From Octopus sinensis (Eukaryota), in the NCBI RefSeq assembly GCF_006345805.1, contig NW_021831989.1, positions 1 to 64,000 of the forward strand: a stretch of DNA of 64,000 nucleotides, given 5' to 3'. The translations under genes and the position numbers were made by a program. Below are positions 1-13,920 of the stretch, piece by piece (position 1 is the stretch's first letter; the number at the start of each line of letters is the position of its first letter). The notes under the pieces were generated by a model that did not search any database, was not told the DNA's origin, and was given only the letters and a program-made list of their open reading frames with translations.

Positions 1-184
1 CTCAAATGATTTTTTGTTCGCATTAGCAATTGAGCAAGCAACAGCAGTTAACTCTTGGAATACAATAAAGTTAGGACTAGATTTAAGTACCTCTGAATTT
101 GAATTTAACATATGGATCACACGCCCCACTGCTGTCAACCTTCGGAAGGTTGGAACATTTGTGAACTAAAATTCTGAGAGCCAT
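1..184 (-). CDS. 5' exon of a C2-domain protein (ferlin-like N-terminal C2A); gene runs off the left edge
   Basis: ATG at 184 reads MALRILVHKCSNLPKVDSSGACDPYVKFKFR and is followed by a GT donor. The L-P-x-x-D...DPYVK pattern matches C2 strands 1-2. Confidence 0.6.
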
Positions 185-470
185 CGGCCACAATCGAAAG
201 ATTATGCGTAGGTAATATTTTATAGCAAATGTATTTTCCGCTCGTGGTTTGATAATGGTTCGACAATCATTTTTGAGTGCCGAAATACTCGTTTCTCATT
301 GACTATCCATCAAACATGTAAGGCCATTCAAAAATAGCATTTGATTGGAAATAATTTTGGAAATACAACTACAAAACATTTTTATTACCGAAAAAATCTA
401 TTCTTAAAGAAATTTTTGGGTTGAGAATAATCATTTAGTTTGTGATTTCATATGATTAGTAATTGCAACT

Positions 471-974
471 GTGATGGACAGGTGGAACGTGCATCTACAT
501 TACAACAAATGCGATATAGGCGAGGTGAAACTAGAGAGGGGCATATTACAGGGCGACAGCATGTCTCCGCTGCTGTTCGTCCTCTGCCTAGAACCGCTGA
601 GTAGAATCCACACTGCCCAATTCGAACAAATGTCGATCGAACATGAAGGAGGGTGTTTTAACACCAACCATCTCATGTTCATAGACGACATTAAGCTGTT
701 CGCTCGGTCTTCAGAGATCCTCCACTCAATGGGTAAAGTCCTGAAAGGTTTCATGAAGGCCGTGGGGTTGGAGCTCAACTACAACAAGTCGGCGACTAAC
801 ACCCCTGTGTGTGGTGACCTAGTCAAAGTCTTGGAGGAACACCAAGGAAATCTTAAGAGGACTCTGGAGAGTGTCTCGTTTGATGCTCGCCGATCCAGCC
901 CTTTCCTGACGTTTAGTCAGCAAGAGGCGCTGGACTGCACTTTCTTCTGCTCACTTCGAAGGCTCTGGACTTAG
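471..974 (+). mobile_element. R4/Dong-like (REL) non-LTR retrotransposon fragment: RT core joined to the end of the endonuclease
   Basis: RT motifs RGILQGDSMSPLLF and LMFIDDIKL, followed directly by LKRTLESV, which is the REL C-terminus seen at 56360 and 61650. Confidence 0.85.
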
Positions 975-1116
975 TTAGTAAAATTACTTAGTTAATTAGT
1001 TTCTTTCTTAATAAAGGGTTGATTAGTAATTAAATAGTTTTTACTGCTTAAAAACAGTAAATCCTCATGGGTTTTGCTCTAAGAATAGCGAAGAACCAAT
1101 AATTGAAGTAAAATAA

Positions 1117-1617
1117 TTATTTAGCTATTTTCCCTGTGCTAACTATCTGGAATCCTCGCCCCGCATTGACCTCAGTTTGTGTCTTGATTGATCTCCCAGT
1201 CGACAGGAAACGCAAGTTCACGATCAACACAAGTCGTAGACAGTTCTCTCCCTCGAAGGACACGTCAAACAAAAGACAGAACAACTCCACTTCAATCAGC
1301 ACAACGAGGGGGTCAGAAACCACGTTGGCCATTGTATTTAAATGATCGAGTGCTGAAATTTGAGCACGGGAGGAGACGGCCGTGGAATGCTTTTTTGCAG
1401 AACTGGGCAAGCTCACATTGCTCAAATCCCTGCAAATAGAATTCGACTTGAAGGATTCGTGGATGTGGGGAGTCGGGTCAGTAGACTCGCCCACCACGTC
1501 AGAAGGGACTGTTTGACGCGAATCCAACATTTCTGCAGTTTTCTGAAATTGCCGTCCACAACAACAAAATAGGGAAAGTATATTTCTTATTCTTTTCTTT
1601 TTCGTACATTTGGGCAT
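1117..1617 (-). CDS. Uncharacterised ORF with a basic N-terminus and tri-Cys motif
   Basis: 166-aa ATG ORF; KKKRIRNILSLFCCC resembles the palmitoylated N-terminus of CTDSP phosphatases, but I found no DxDx(T/V) motif. Confidence 0.35.
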   Translation of the reverse strand: MPKCTKKKRIRNILSLFCCCGRQFQKTAEMLDSRQTVPSDVVGESTDPTPHIHESFKSNSICRDLSNVSLPSSAKKHSTAVSSRAQISALDHLNTMANVVSDPLVVLIEVELFCLLFDVSFEGENCLRLVLIVNLRFLSTGRSIKTQTEVNAGRGFQIVSTGKIAK

Positions 1618-1850
1618 TTTTAGTTGTGTGTTGTAGAATGGGTGGTGGGGAGTTGGTGGGTCAATTCGTTGTTCGATGAATGTCTGTCGATTGCTGTGAT
1701 CCGAGAGAACAGCTTCGCCATTCGCGAGGCTGGCCGGATGTCTCGTAACGCCATTAATTAGCTTAGCTATCTTTTTACTTTAATAGCAGTTATGCAATCG
1801 GGATTATTGCGCAACTTACTTGCACAAGCGAATTACGAAATAAACAATAA

Positions 1851-2700
1851 TTATTGAGATTTATTGAACTGAAAAAACACCATTGAAAATAAGAAATGTA
1901 TAAACAGGTAAATTAACTTTACTTACGAGCAAATCTCGGTGTTAGATGATAAGTTAGAGTAGGAACCCGCACACTCGGAAGCTACCGAAAATACAAATAA
2001 CCCAAACCTTATCCTTGTAATACAAGGATTTGGGCACAAGTCTAGCCTTGTAGACTGCGATGGCACGGTCGACACCGTGAAGAGTACAATATTGTCGACA
2101 GTCCTCAGTTTGATACAGGCCTTCTGGGGAGAATGTCGAAGGGCGGCAAAAAAGCAGCCCTCCAGTCGTGAGGAGGAGTACTCGTCGTGGTCGAGAATAT
2201 TGTGGGCCATTAAATATTCTCGACAGTCCTGAGTTTGGTCGATAAAGTCTTGTAATTTGACAGGACACGGATCAAACATTCTGCCAATTAACCACAGCTT
2301 GGAATTTCTTGTTTCAATAGAAAATATAAAAAATATCATAAATAGCTTTATCACGGATCAAACAATACTTAATGCATCCATGGTACTCTTCACCGATGAG
2401 TTGAAACGTATCGAGTCTCGACAAATTCATACTCATGTGTTGGTAGACTCCGTGCCAGCACAGTCTACAAAGCTAGACCTCTGCACAAATCTTTGTATTA
2501 CAAGGATAAGGTTTGAGTTATTTTTATTTTCGATAGCTTCCGAGTAATTTGACAGGACACGGATCAAACATTCTTCCCAATGGTGTTTTTTCATTTCAAT
2601 AAATCTCAATAATATCACAGCTTAGATTTCTTGTTTCAATAGAAACAAACAGTCTTTCTTGTTTCAATAGAAAATATCATAAAAAATATCATAAATAGCT
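1851..2700. repeat. Mosaic inverted plus direct duplication
   Basis: 1973-2076 is roughly 85% identical to the reverse complement of 2442-2545; 1851-1885 is inverted at 2578-2612; a 31-bp direct repeat lies at 2252-2282 and 2544-2574. Confidence 0.85.
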
Positions 2701-2981
2701 TTATCGACTCAAAATATATAGAATAAAGAATAAAAAAGAATAAAAATTTTCATTAAAGATAGTATTAAATTAAATTTTCAAAATAAGTAGAATATACAGA
2801 TTGAAGGAATAAACTTACAAATATTAGAAAATGATGAAATTTCAGATAATTTTATATCCGATGCACAGCGACTTTGTCCTGTCTTTAAGAAAATGCAAGA
2901 ATGTTGTATAAAGAATAAAAATTTTCATTAAAAATAGGATAAAATTCAATTTTCAAAATTTCAAAATAAGTAGAATATGCA

Positions 2982-3992
2982 TCGGCATTCGTTCTTGTGT
3001 TGATTTATCCCTCCCATGTTACTTTCCTTCCTCGTTGTCTGCCTCTGCTACTTCCTTCAACTCTGTTCTCTTCCCCTTCCCTGAACAGCCCGAGTTGTTG
3101 GAATATGCGGCGGGTCATCAACATGTGGATTTCTCGTGGGCTTAAAATCCCGGACGTCCCCTCAGTTCAAAAGAACTGGGATGATATACATTGCTTGCAT
3201 ACACTCGAAGATATCCGCCTACGTGCTGACCAGTTTCAGTTGGCAAGCATCAATTGTGCCTGTCAACCCCACTCGGCCGATTGGCTTGACGCTTTGCCGA
3301 TTTCCTCTGCTGGAATGTTGCTGGACGACGAATCTGTCCGCATCGGAATCTGTTTACGGCTTGGCATAGAGATTTGCCTGCCACATTCAGTGCAGATGCG
3401 GAAAGGTCATTGACAGGAGAGGGCTACACTCCCTCTCTTGTCGCCTCAGTACCGGCCGTATACCCAGACATGCCGCCTTGAATGATATTGTCAAGCGCGC
3501 GCTCAACGCCGCTGGATTCCCTTCGGTCCTAGAGCCGGTTGGTTTAGACCGTGGCGACGGAAAACGTCCCGACGGGTCCACGCTATTCCCGTTCAAGGGG
3601 GGACTCGCTCTCGTTTTGGACGTGACCTGTGTCGACTCGTTTTCCTCGTCATCTCTCATGGACTCTGCCTCCCGCCCTGGCTCAGCCTCCGCACATGCCG
3701 AAACACAAAAAAATAACAAAGTATGCCTCATTGGAGAACACCTGCCTTTTCGTCCCCCTGGCTTTCGAAACGAGCGGGATAATCGGCCCAAAAGCTCTTG
3801 AGTTCCTTTCGAAATCGGCTTGATGATCTCAAGGAAGAGTCACGAGAGACGTGAGTCTAGTTGGCTTTTTCAGCGCATTTCGCTCGCGATATTGCGCGGA
3901 AACTGCCTATCTATTCGCGCGTCCTCTCAATCAAAGAATTAACATCATAAATTTACTTAATTAACATTATTTTAGCAAAAAAAAAAAAAAAA
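2982..3992 (+). mobile_element. 5'-truncated CRE-like non-LTR retrotransposon with poly(A) tail and TSD
   Basis: CCHC knuckle, RHAALND, KRPDG, DVTCVD, KY..FVPLAFETSG and WLFQRISLAILRGN; 18-A run at 3977-3994; 14-bp TSD aagtagaatatgca at 2968-2981 and 3993-4006. Confidence 0.92.
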
Positions 3993-4255
3993 AAGTAGAA
4001 TATGCAGATTGAAGGAATAAACTCGCAAATATTACAAAATGATGAAATTTCAGATAATTTAGCAATTAAAAGAAACTACATCGCGAAGTATCCCTTCTGA
4101 ATCCAATTAAATAAAAAAATAAAGATCGACCAAATAATGTAATACAACAACAAGGTATATCAACCGCGTGTTTACACGTGCATAATTTATTAGGTTTTCT
4201 ATTAATAATTGGGTAACCAAAAATTAAAATAATTTATTAATGAAAACAAACATTA

Positions 4256-4567
4256 TTTTTAAATAAAATGTGGATTTATTAGAAGAAAACAAATTAAGGG
4301 GAAATTCTGGGGGGGTTAAAGCTCGCACCCTCCTGCGGAAAGTACCGCATGTGTGTTGCCACGGAGAATGGCGATGGATATCCGCTGCAATAGCCACGAA
4401 ACCTCGCGTGGCTCTTTCGTCCTGTGGGCCAATTTCCTCCCGATGTCGCTGATGAAGGCCGAGGTTAGAGGCCCTGCGACGCCCGATGTCTCCAAAGCGA
4501 TTGGTGCGAATATAAAACGGCGTCCAAGTTCTTGGTATTTTTTAAAACATTATTTAAATTAAAACAC
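4256..4567 (-). mobile_element. CRE-like 3' end, not in the ORF track
   Basis: 4540 to 4316 reads KYQELGRRFIFAPIALETSGVAG...WLLQRISIAILRGN; 17-bp direct repeat aatgaaaacaaacatta at 4239-4255 and 4568-4584; short T-run at 4256-4260. Confidence 0.88.
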
Positions 4568-4584
4568 AATGAAAACAAACATTA

Positions 4585-4710
4585 CGAGCTGGCTTTTTCA
4601 GCGGATATCGTTCGCGATATTACGTGGAAATTGCCTATCCGTCCGCTCGGCGACTCGTTTAATTTAGTTAACTTCTCTATTTTCAATTGATGGTTATTTT
4701 GTTAAAAAAA
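4585..4710 (+). mobile_element. CRE-like extreme 3' tip
   Basis: SWLFQRISFAILRGNCLS, nearly identical to 3858-3910, followed by a short A-run. Confidence 0.75.
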
Positions 4711-4817
4711 CTATCTCTATTCCACTCAACTTTCCCTCCTACCCCTTTTATTCCTTTCTTGCTTCTCTTTCTCTTTCTTTTTATCTCATCAATAATTCAT
4801 TCATCTTTTCTTTTCTC

Positions 4818-5138
4818 ATGTCATTTTGTTTTTCTTGCCAAACATCCAATTCTCGTAAGTGGGGCCGCACGTGCTCTTCTTGCTCTCTGTACTTTCACTT
4901 ATCCTGCGCCGGTCTTTCTAGGGCCAGTTCCGCTATGATCCTATGTTGGAAGTGCCCAAAATGTCTCGTGCCTAATCTACCCGAGCAGCCTACCTTTCCA
5001 CCCTCAATTCCCGCTTCCATTCCCACTCCTTTGGTTTTTCTTAAACTCCTATCAGCTTTCCGAAGTCAATCAATCATTCCTGCCAGAATCCCAAAATCAG
5101 CCAGACTTACCGTGGCTAAGTTCCTCTCGGTGTTTTAA
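4818..5138 (+). mobile_element. PHD finger plus CRE-like N-terminal region (5' end of a retroelement ORF)
   Basis: C4-x2-C7-x11-C19-x2-C22-x4-H27-x2-C30-x15-C46-x2-C49 with W44, followed by RIPKSARL, which resembles the pre-RT motif of CRE elements. Confidence 0.7.
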
Positions 5139-5552
5139 CCTTCGATCGTAGTAGTAGGGTCATCATTGGAGACATTTGCGACATCATTTACGACTCCATT
5201 GTCCGACTATAAAGGATTTGATTTGTATAAATAAACCATTTCTGCATTTAGTGTATCTTTAGAGTTCATAAAGTTGTTTTCATCGTTCATTTGGCTATCT
5301 ATAACTAATTAAGTACCACCAAAATTTAATTTAATTGATGTTGCACGTAGCTGTCGAATATTATTTTACACTTTATTATTGCTTCTCATTTTAATTCCCC
5401 CTGAAATTGGGAGGAATGTGGTATGAAGAAAACTGACAGACCTTGTTCACACATATGTTGAACCAAACATGGAAATTATTTTGGCAGCAAAATTTCTAAA
5501 ATTTTTAAACTTTTCACAAAGATGCGTAAATGAAACAAGTATTCCAGCCTCC

Positions 5553-6222
5553 TAAATCCCAATTCACCCTTTTCACTACTGCTAGAAGATTCAAGGATGG
5601 ACTGGAACTATTCATTGGAGACAAACCTATTCCCTCTTCGCATACCCAGAAGATCCTTGGCGTATTTTTCGACTCCTTAATGACGTTCTCAAGTCACGTG
5701 GAGGAGACTCTAGCTAAAGGTCTTCAGAAGTGGAACGTCTTGAAAGCGCTGTTAAAGAAGAGTCCCTTCCTCCTGAAAGATTGTGTCAGCAAGGTCTACC
5801 AACAAGTGATTTCCCCGACGGTGAGTATGCCTGCTCAGCCTGAAGGCTTGCAATTGCTTGTTCAAAAGCGGAACGTTTGAACTCACTCAGAAGGAAGATT
5901 ATGCTCCACACTGACATCTCAGTTGGCAGCCTTGCTTCCGAGGAGGCAACGCGGAAGAATGATCAGGGTTTCCTACGTTTCTGCAAGGAACTGGGAAATC
6001 CATTCAAGGAAAAGGTGGCCCATGCAGAGGAATTTCGGTCGGTTATAAAGAAATGCACTCCAATTGAGTTCCTCTGCAGAAGGAAGAGAAGGCGTTTCCG
6101 GGATACGGTTGGGTCATCAGAAGATCATGTAAAGAGAGTACGGCTGTTGTTGGAGGCAGGGATTACCAAATTAGTTAGTTCTAACCTATCTTTCTCGGTG
6201 ATCTTGGAGTTAATAAATAAAT
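5553..6222 (+). mobile_element. 3' fragment of an I/Jockey-like LINE with a (TAAA)n tail
   Basis: High nucleotide identity to 24780-25400; KILGVFFDSLMTF motif; ends in taataaataaa. Confidence 0.85.
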
Positions 6223-6618
6223 TAGTAAAGATAATGGAGAAACAGTATCAAACGTGCATTTAAGTAGATTAAAAAAATTTGATTAAAAGTTTGAATTTTT
6301 TTAAATGAATTAATTCTTATTTTTTGTTGACTCCCATTAAATAAATCAAATTTCATTTATTTTAAAAATGTAAAGCCTCAAATGAATGATGTGTGATTTT
6401 TGTAGCACGTAGAAATATAAAAACTAATAAAAAAGAAAATCGAGTAAATTATATTTTCAGATGATTTTTAGATTATATTTATATTTTTGGTAGTTTTTGC
6501 GATGGTGGGTTATCCAACCCGGTGGGCTATAAAACCGGTGAGAAAAAATAATAAAAATAATCCATCAAATAAACGATTAGTATTTCCAAAAAGTGGTTAA
6601 AATGAATAAAACAATCAG

Positions 6619-8342
<1,724 letters not shown>

Positions 8343-8559
8343 CTAAATAAACTTATTTATTCAAGTAATGTAAATTATATTAAAAAATCAAATATTTGAA
8401 TAAAGTATTATTAATATAATAGATATCTTTTCGGAAACCTTCTCTTTATTCTGTCTAAATTTCACTAAAATAGACTTAATGTAATTTTTCAAAATACGGC
8501 ATTCTCCAAACAATTAATTTAAGAAACTGTTTAAGTCAGAAAGCAACGGAATTGCAGCA

Positions 8560-9600
8560 TTTACTGACAATCCCAGGAAATTGGAGTTGGAAATGACTCC
8601 TGTAGAAATTCAATGAGCATGTGCTAAGCTCAAAAACAATAAAAATCCAGGACCAGAACTGCTTAAGTATGGAAGTAGGAATTTACATGTACTCATAGCG
8701 GATCTTTTCAACGGAATGCATATAACAAACGACAATCTGTCCCTGGACAAGGAGTACAGGTCTCTGCGCAAAAACCGCACAAAACTAAAGGAAAAGGAGA
8801 GAACCTCAGGCGAGTAATGAATAGCATACGGAGGTGCTGGCAATTATTGCTTTACAAAAAATAAAGCCTCGTACATATAACTATTTATATAGCGGTTTCC
8901 GTGAAAGAAGGTCGACTTCTGAGATTATTTGAGCCATAGATGGCGATGTTTCACTATTTAAAATTTCAAAAATGCGACAGACACATTCGGAATCAATGTG
9001 TCAAGAGCTTTTGACTTGATCAATCGTCAGAAATTGATGAATCCCCTTACAGAATTCTTTGACAAATCTTCTACCTGGATGATCCGAATACTCTTATCAG
9101 AAATCTATCTATTGGTCAGGTTCTAAGACAGATGCTTTAATTTATTTGAAACAACAACATCTTTTAGGCTGTTTGTCATATATCTAGGAGCTGCATTGAG
9201 AGACTTAAAACCATACTATGAAAGAAAGATCAGTGTGGTGACTTACGCAGATGACGTGGATTTTATTTCCTCTGACAGTAATGGTCTAGAAAGTATATTG
9301 AAGATGATGCCAAATAAACTCGCGGAATGATTCCTCATTGTAAATTTAGAAAAAACAGAATTTACTGAACTTGCCAGACAAATGTCTAAATTGGACGAAC
9401 ACTGGAGAAAAGATAGGAAACTTGGATCTCTATTGAGAGATGAACAAGACGTAATTATCTGGAAAACATACGCACACAGCTCACTACGACCGTGAATGAA
9501 AATTAGCTAAAACGCGAAGAAATCAGTACACAAACATATAGAATTCAGTGATGATCCTATCCTCCTCCATAATGGCGGAACATGAGGACTTTAGGCTTTG
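8560..9600 (+). pseudogene. Decayed RTE-like LINE reverse transcriptase
   Basis: KLKNNKNPGP..ELLKYG, ENLRRVM..NSIRR, SRAFDLINRQKL, VTYADDVDF and LGSLL, with many stops and frameshifts. Confidence 0.8.
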
Positions 9601-10429
9601 GAATTGGAATTGCATTATCCTACTTCGCTGGGAATTTCTCTGGGTTCGTGTATCTTCTTAGGAATTCCCATAATTTTGTTAGTAGAGTCTTGGCATTTAG
9701 CCTTCTAAAGAGAACCAAAAAAGTTATTTGTTAAGAAAACGGTCTTGTTAAAAGATTTAACATAATCTCTTCGCTATGTTGACCGTTTCAAAATAAGCGA
9801 ATCAAAAAAAGTAAAAAAAATCAAATTAAAACAAAAATGTTAAAGTTAAGAATTTCGGGTCACACTAGTTTAAAACAAATCCCTCGTTAAATTCAACGAA
9901 AATTCTTCACCCAAATAAGACGATCCTTTCTCAAATACAGATCTGATCAATAAATTAACACATTCTACGTTTTAGCACTAATGGAAGACACTGACCAAAT
10001 CCTCGAATCTTCGACTAAAAGTACAGATTTGAAAGAAATTTTAGGATTTTTACGCTTTGCTGATTTTTCGTCAATAAACATTTTTTCCAGTTCTTCAGTC
10101 ATTGTCGATTCCTAAAATTGAATTTTTACAAAAACCAAAATTTCGTGGGCAGTAGAAGTGGTATTTTTAGAATTAAAGAACTCTTTAAGTCAAAAAAAGT
10201 GAATAAAAACTTTCGATGTCTCCAATTCCTACAATGTAATCACATTCACCAAATTTAGGAAAATTTGTCCGATCGAATAATCCTAGAGAACAAGAACTCT
10301 TAAAATACCTTAATTTTTAACCACAGTCATGGTTTTGAGACAAATAATAAAATCGTCAAGGAATGGACGGTTGTACTATTTTTTTATTTGATAAAAATAC
10401 CTTTTTTATAATTGATTGTAAGTTTATGA

Positions 10430-10710
10430 ATGGCTTTCTCGCTCCGTCTCTCTCTCATTTAAAATCTACCGCTAAGCCCTCATCGATCTCGGATTAACTC
10501 CTGTTAATGTCGCATGATGTCAGCGCGGCTGTTCGTCTCTTGTTATCTTCTGTACGATCACCCCCGATGTTGCTCGCATTCTCAAGGAAAAGCACCCTAT
10601 TGGAAAACCAGTAACCTTTAATGTGGCCCAGTCGTCCTGTTTTCCCTTTTCTGTTTCTTCCAAACAAGTTCTGGATGCCTTAAACTCCTTTAGGGGTAAC
10701 AGTAGTGGAG
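10430..10710 (+). mobile_element. CRE-like internal (pre-RT) fragment
   Basis: DVSAAVRLL, ILKEKHP and VLDALNSFRGNSSG. Confidence 0.65.
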
Positions 10711-10724
10711 AAAACTAACGAAAT

Positions 10725-11600
10725 ACGAGGATTTACGGAGGATATTCTCAATAATAATCGGGTTGTGATCAGAATTTAGGTCGTAAATGACCTTCCAAGA
10801 AGTAACAGGGCCCAGAATTGGAATACACAGCGAGATGTCAGGAGAAGAAATTGCGTCGCCTTTACTTGACGGTGTTCTGGTGTGAGATGAGGGATTGTTG
10901 AGGATAACTAAACCATCAACTTGGTCGAATAGTAGAGATCCTCTTGTGTTGAGAAATTGATTTTTTAGTCATATCGGGCTCTTTGCGTTTATATCACCAC
11001 AAATAATGACATTGCTGAGGGACTGAAAATTATGAATAGAAGTTCAATCCATGAGGACATGACGAGTGAGGATGAGTCTCCTGGTTGATGACCTTGTAGA
11101 GACAGTTATAGCTGTCATTTCAATCACTGGATCGTTGTCAATTAGCGAGTAAGCTTGGAGGTACAGTTAGTGAACGGGATGGATTTTTTAATAAGAGTTA
11201 GTAGGCCACCCGCATTTACAGAGCCCGGTCTGTCCTGAAGGATGTAACCAGGGAAATCTGGCAAGCGATTTTTGGTCGAGAGCTTCGTTTCTTGCACCAA
11301 AGCAATGTCCACATCGTGCTTCTCCAGAAGGAATAAAGTTCAGCACATTTCTGAGGAATCTCATTGATGTTGATCTGCAAGATACGTAATAGGTTCTTCT
11401 TGCTGAGGCCAGGATTTGGTTCAATGTCTCTGGAAAGGAGAAGGGCGAGTTTGATAAGCAAAGAGGTCCTTGGGAGCAATGGCTTCGCGCCTGCTCTGCT
11501 GCCACCGACGTTGCGGAATCGATCCGATCCGACAGGGGAGTAGTTGTGGGTCTTTTCGTAATATAAAACTATCATCTGCCACCGCGAAAAGGTGACCCAT
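10725..11600 (-). mobile_element. APE endonuclease region of a LINE ORF2 preceded by a 2A-like motif
   Basis: LLLSRDIEPNPGL, then ILQININ, ICGDINA, SPDISL and SDHNPI. Confidence 0.82.
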
Positions 11601-11619
11601 ATCCAATATATTTCTAGAA

Positions 11620-13920
11620 TGACAATTTTTGTCGCCTCTGCTTAAATATACCTAATAATCTCATCAAGATTTAGTATTTTCAATTCTTAAGTATTTGCCA
11701 ATTTCATAGACATATAAAAATTGAGATGATTCCAATCAATGTTGTTGATATTATAACAAAGATACACCCTCAGTGAGAACTGCTCCCGTTCGTAATTTCA
11801 ATTAACTTTTTGTAAAATATTGATGCTCCTGTGCCAGAGTTAGCACCAGGATACGAAGGGATATCGATTGAGTTGTATCCAAGAATAGTGATACTTCTTC
11901 ATTTTCGTCTCGTTAAATTTGGTGGGTGCTTCCCTCTTTTAGGAGAATCACCAAACAAAGTAAAAACTTGGCATCTTTATTAATTCTGCTCATATCCGTA
12001 ATAGACCTTTCAAGCTCACTGATTAAATCAGCTCGAGGTCGACCTTTCATCGACCTAGCTTCTGAAATCGATAGAGTCTGCACAGCCGAATGAGTTTTCT
12101 TTGTCTGTATAACCAACGTCAGCTGTTTTCCTAACTCTTGGAACGCTTCATTTTGCCCATATCTGTTTAATTGATTTTGGCATTCTCCAAAACTTCTTTT
12201 AACAGTTTCTGAACCAATATTTTCTCATTTTTTAGCTTTAAAGCTTCTTTAGCTTTTTCACAGCCCCAATAATTTGTCAAGTAACTCGGAGAACCAGAGT
12301 TGAAACATTTTTTTCATGTTAGAGCATTAATTCTTAAATATCAATTCCTTATTTTCTTCCTTTTCGTGTGCCCATAGTCATTAATTCCTCATGTAGCTCG
12401 AAATTATCGATGCTAGCATGGAGAAAATAGAACTTGCCACTAATCCGTAAACTTGTCTAAAGTTAAAAAAGCAAATCTAATCCTTCACCAATAAACTTCT
12501 TATTTGATTTATAATACTTCGACTAATTCAGCTTGTTGTCTATCGGAATTCATTTTTAGAGATCTTTACCAAATCCACACAGCTAACAATCTCCAAGACA
12601 TGTTTTTGATCAATCAAAAATTGTTAAATAGTTTGCTTGTCATCCAAATAAGATAGACAATTCTGCAGTCGGTCTCTGATTCTCTCCTTCACCTATAATG
12701 CTAGCAAGCACACTTTTTGTTTTAATTTTTGATTTTTTAATTTATGCAAAGCAATCTTTCGCATCTGACTTTCTTATTTTGAAAATTTATTGTCTTAGGC
12801 AAAAAAATAATGCTCTTGCCCTTTAGATCTCATGAAGGTTGCAAGTATAGTTTTGTAGAACAGACAAAGCATTTTATCTCCACAAGAAATCTGAACTTCA
12901 CAGTCAAAGTTAAATTTTCAACTGTCGTCTTGTTCAACGTTTGCTTTTTTTCTGTAACATGTTACGATCTACTATATTCACCATAAAACTACTATTTGGT
13001 AGGCAGGATAATTTTCTGGCTAATTTTCTTTAATTAATTTCACAAAAAAAGGGAATGGTTATTGCTGGGAAGCCAGAGCCGTGACTAATGATGTAGAAAT
13101 TTCACACAATTCGTCTAAAAAATAAAAATACAAGCCGATTTCGATGAAATTAAGAATCAATCAATACACCCGACTTTGAATAATTGAAGAAAATAAGTTT
13201 TTTGGAATCTTTATTCGAGATAGAACGCTTAAAACCTCTTGCTGCCTTTTTAAAAGAAAAAGAAGACAAAGTTGCCTCTTTTTGGAATAATAAAATATTT
13301 GTTGATAAAGGGATATGTATAAGAAATAAATTTATGTGAACCATCAAAATAATTTATTAATATTTTCGCCATCTCTGCATAAACATTTCTTTTTTTAAAA
13401 TTATTGAACATTTCCAAGTCAGAATGATTGACAGGAAATGAACAGATTTTAACGGGACTGAACTAGCACCGTTTCATTTGCCAATACCAATTAGAGTTTC
13501 AATTAAATTGTAAAATAAGTCAATTGTCACAAATATAAATGATATTATTCCAGGTCAGTAGTTCTGTAGTATGACTTAATAATCGATTCTAGTTCGCTGA
13601 AGTTCTCTGACTCTCCTTGGCCTGCATTGTCTGCTGGGAGGGCGAGGTCCATTAACCCAAACTTGTCTTCGATTTTTGGATTGGTGGTATGAACGAAAGG
13701 CTCATCCAATGAAAATATTAATTCAGTGTTTCTGGTAGTAAAGAGACACTTTTCGTTTAATTTGGAGGTTTCTTTCGAATTATTTTCATAAATGTCGGCA
13801 TGTTCTTTAATAAAGTCTTCTTCAAAGTCAAATGGAAACTGTGCTTTTAGTTAAATAAAGAGACTTCATTGGAAGAAAGGAATATTTGAGTGTCCTCCAA
13901 TGTTTTGAAATCGCTGAAAT
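11620..13920 (-). CDS. Putative multi-exon host gene, product unknown
   Basis: Minus-strand open stretches (about 100 codons at 13545-13850, and 11913-12200) separated by short gt..ag spacers; no family motif recognised. Confidence 0.35.

Noticed and set aside
1923-2354. Merlin transposase N-terminus
   Set aside because: Only a vague resemblance; there is no CxxC/CxxGH motif, no DDE motif and no Merlin TIR.
5530-6245. TSD for the 5.5-6.2 kb LINE copy
   Set aside because: The gaaacaagtatt and gaaacagtatc flanks are imperfect and not adjacent to the element ends.
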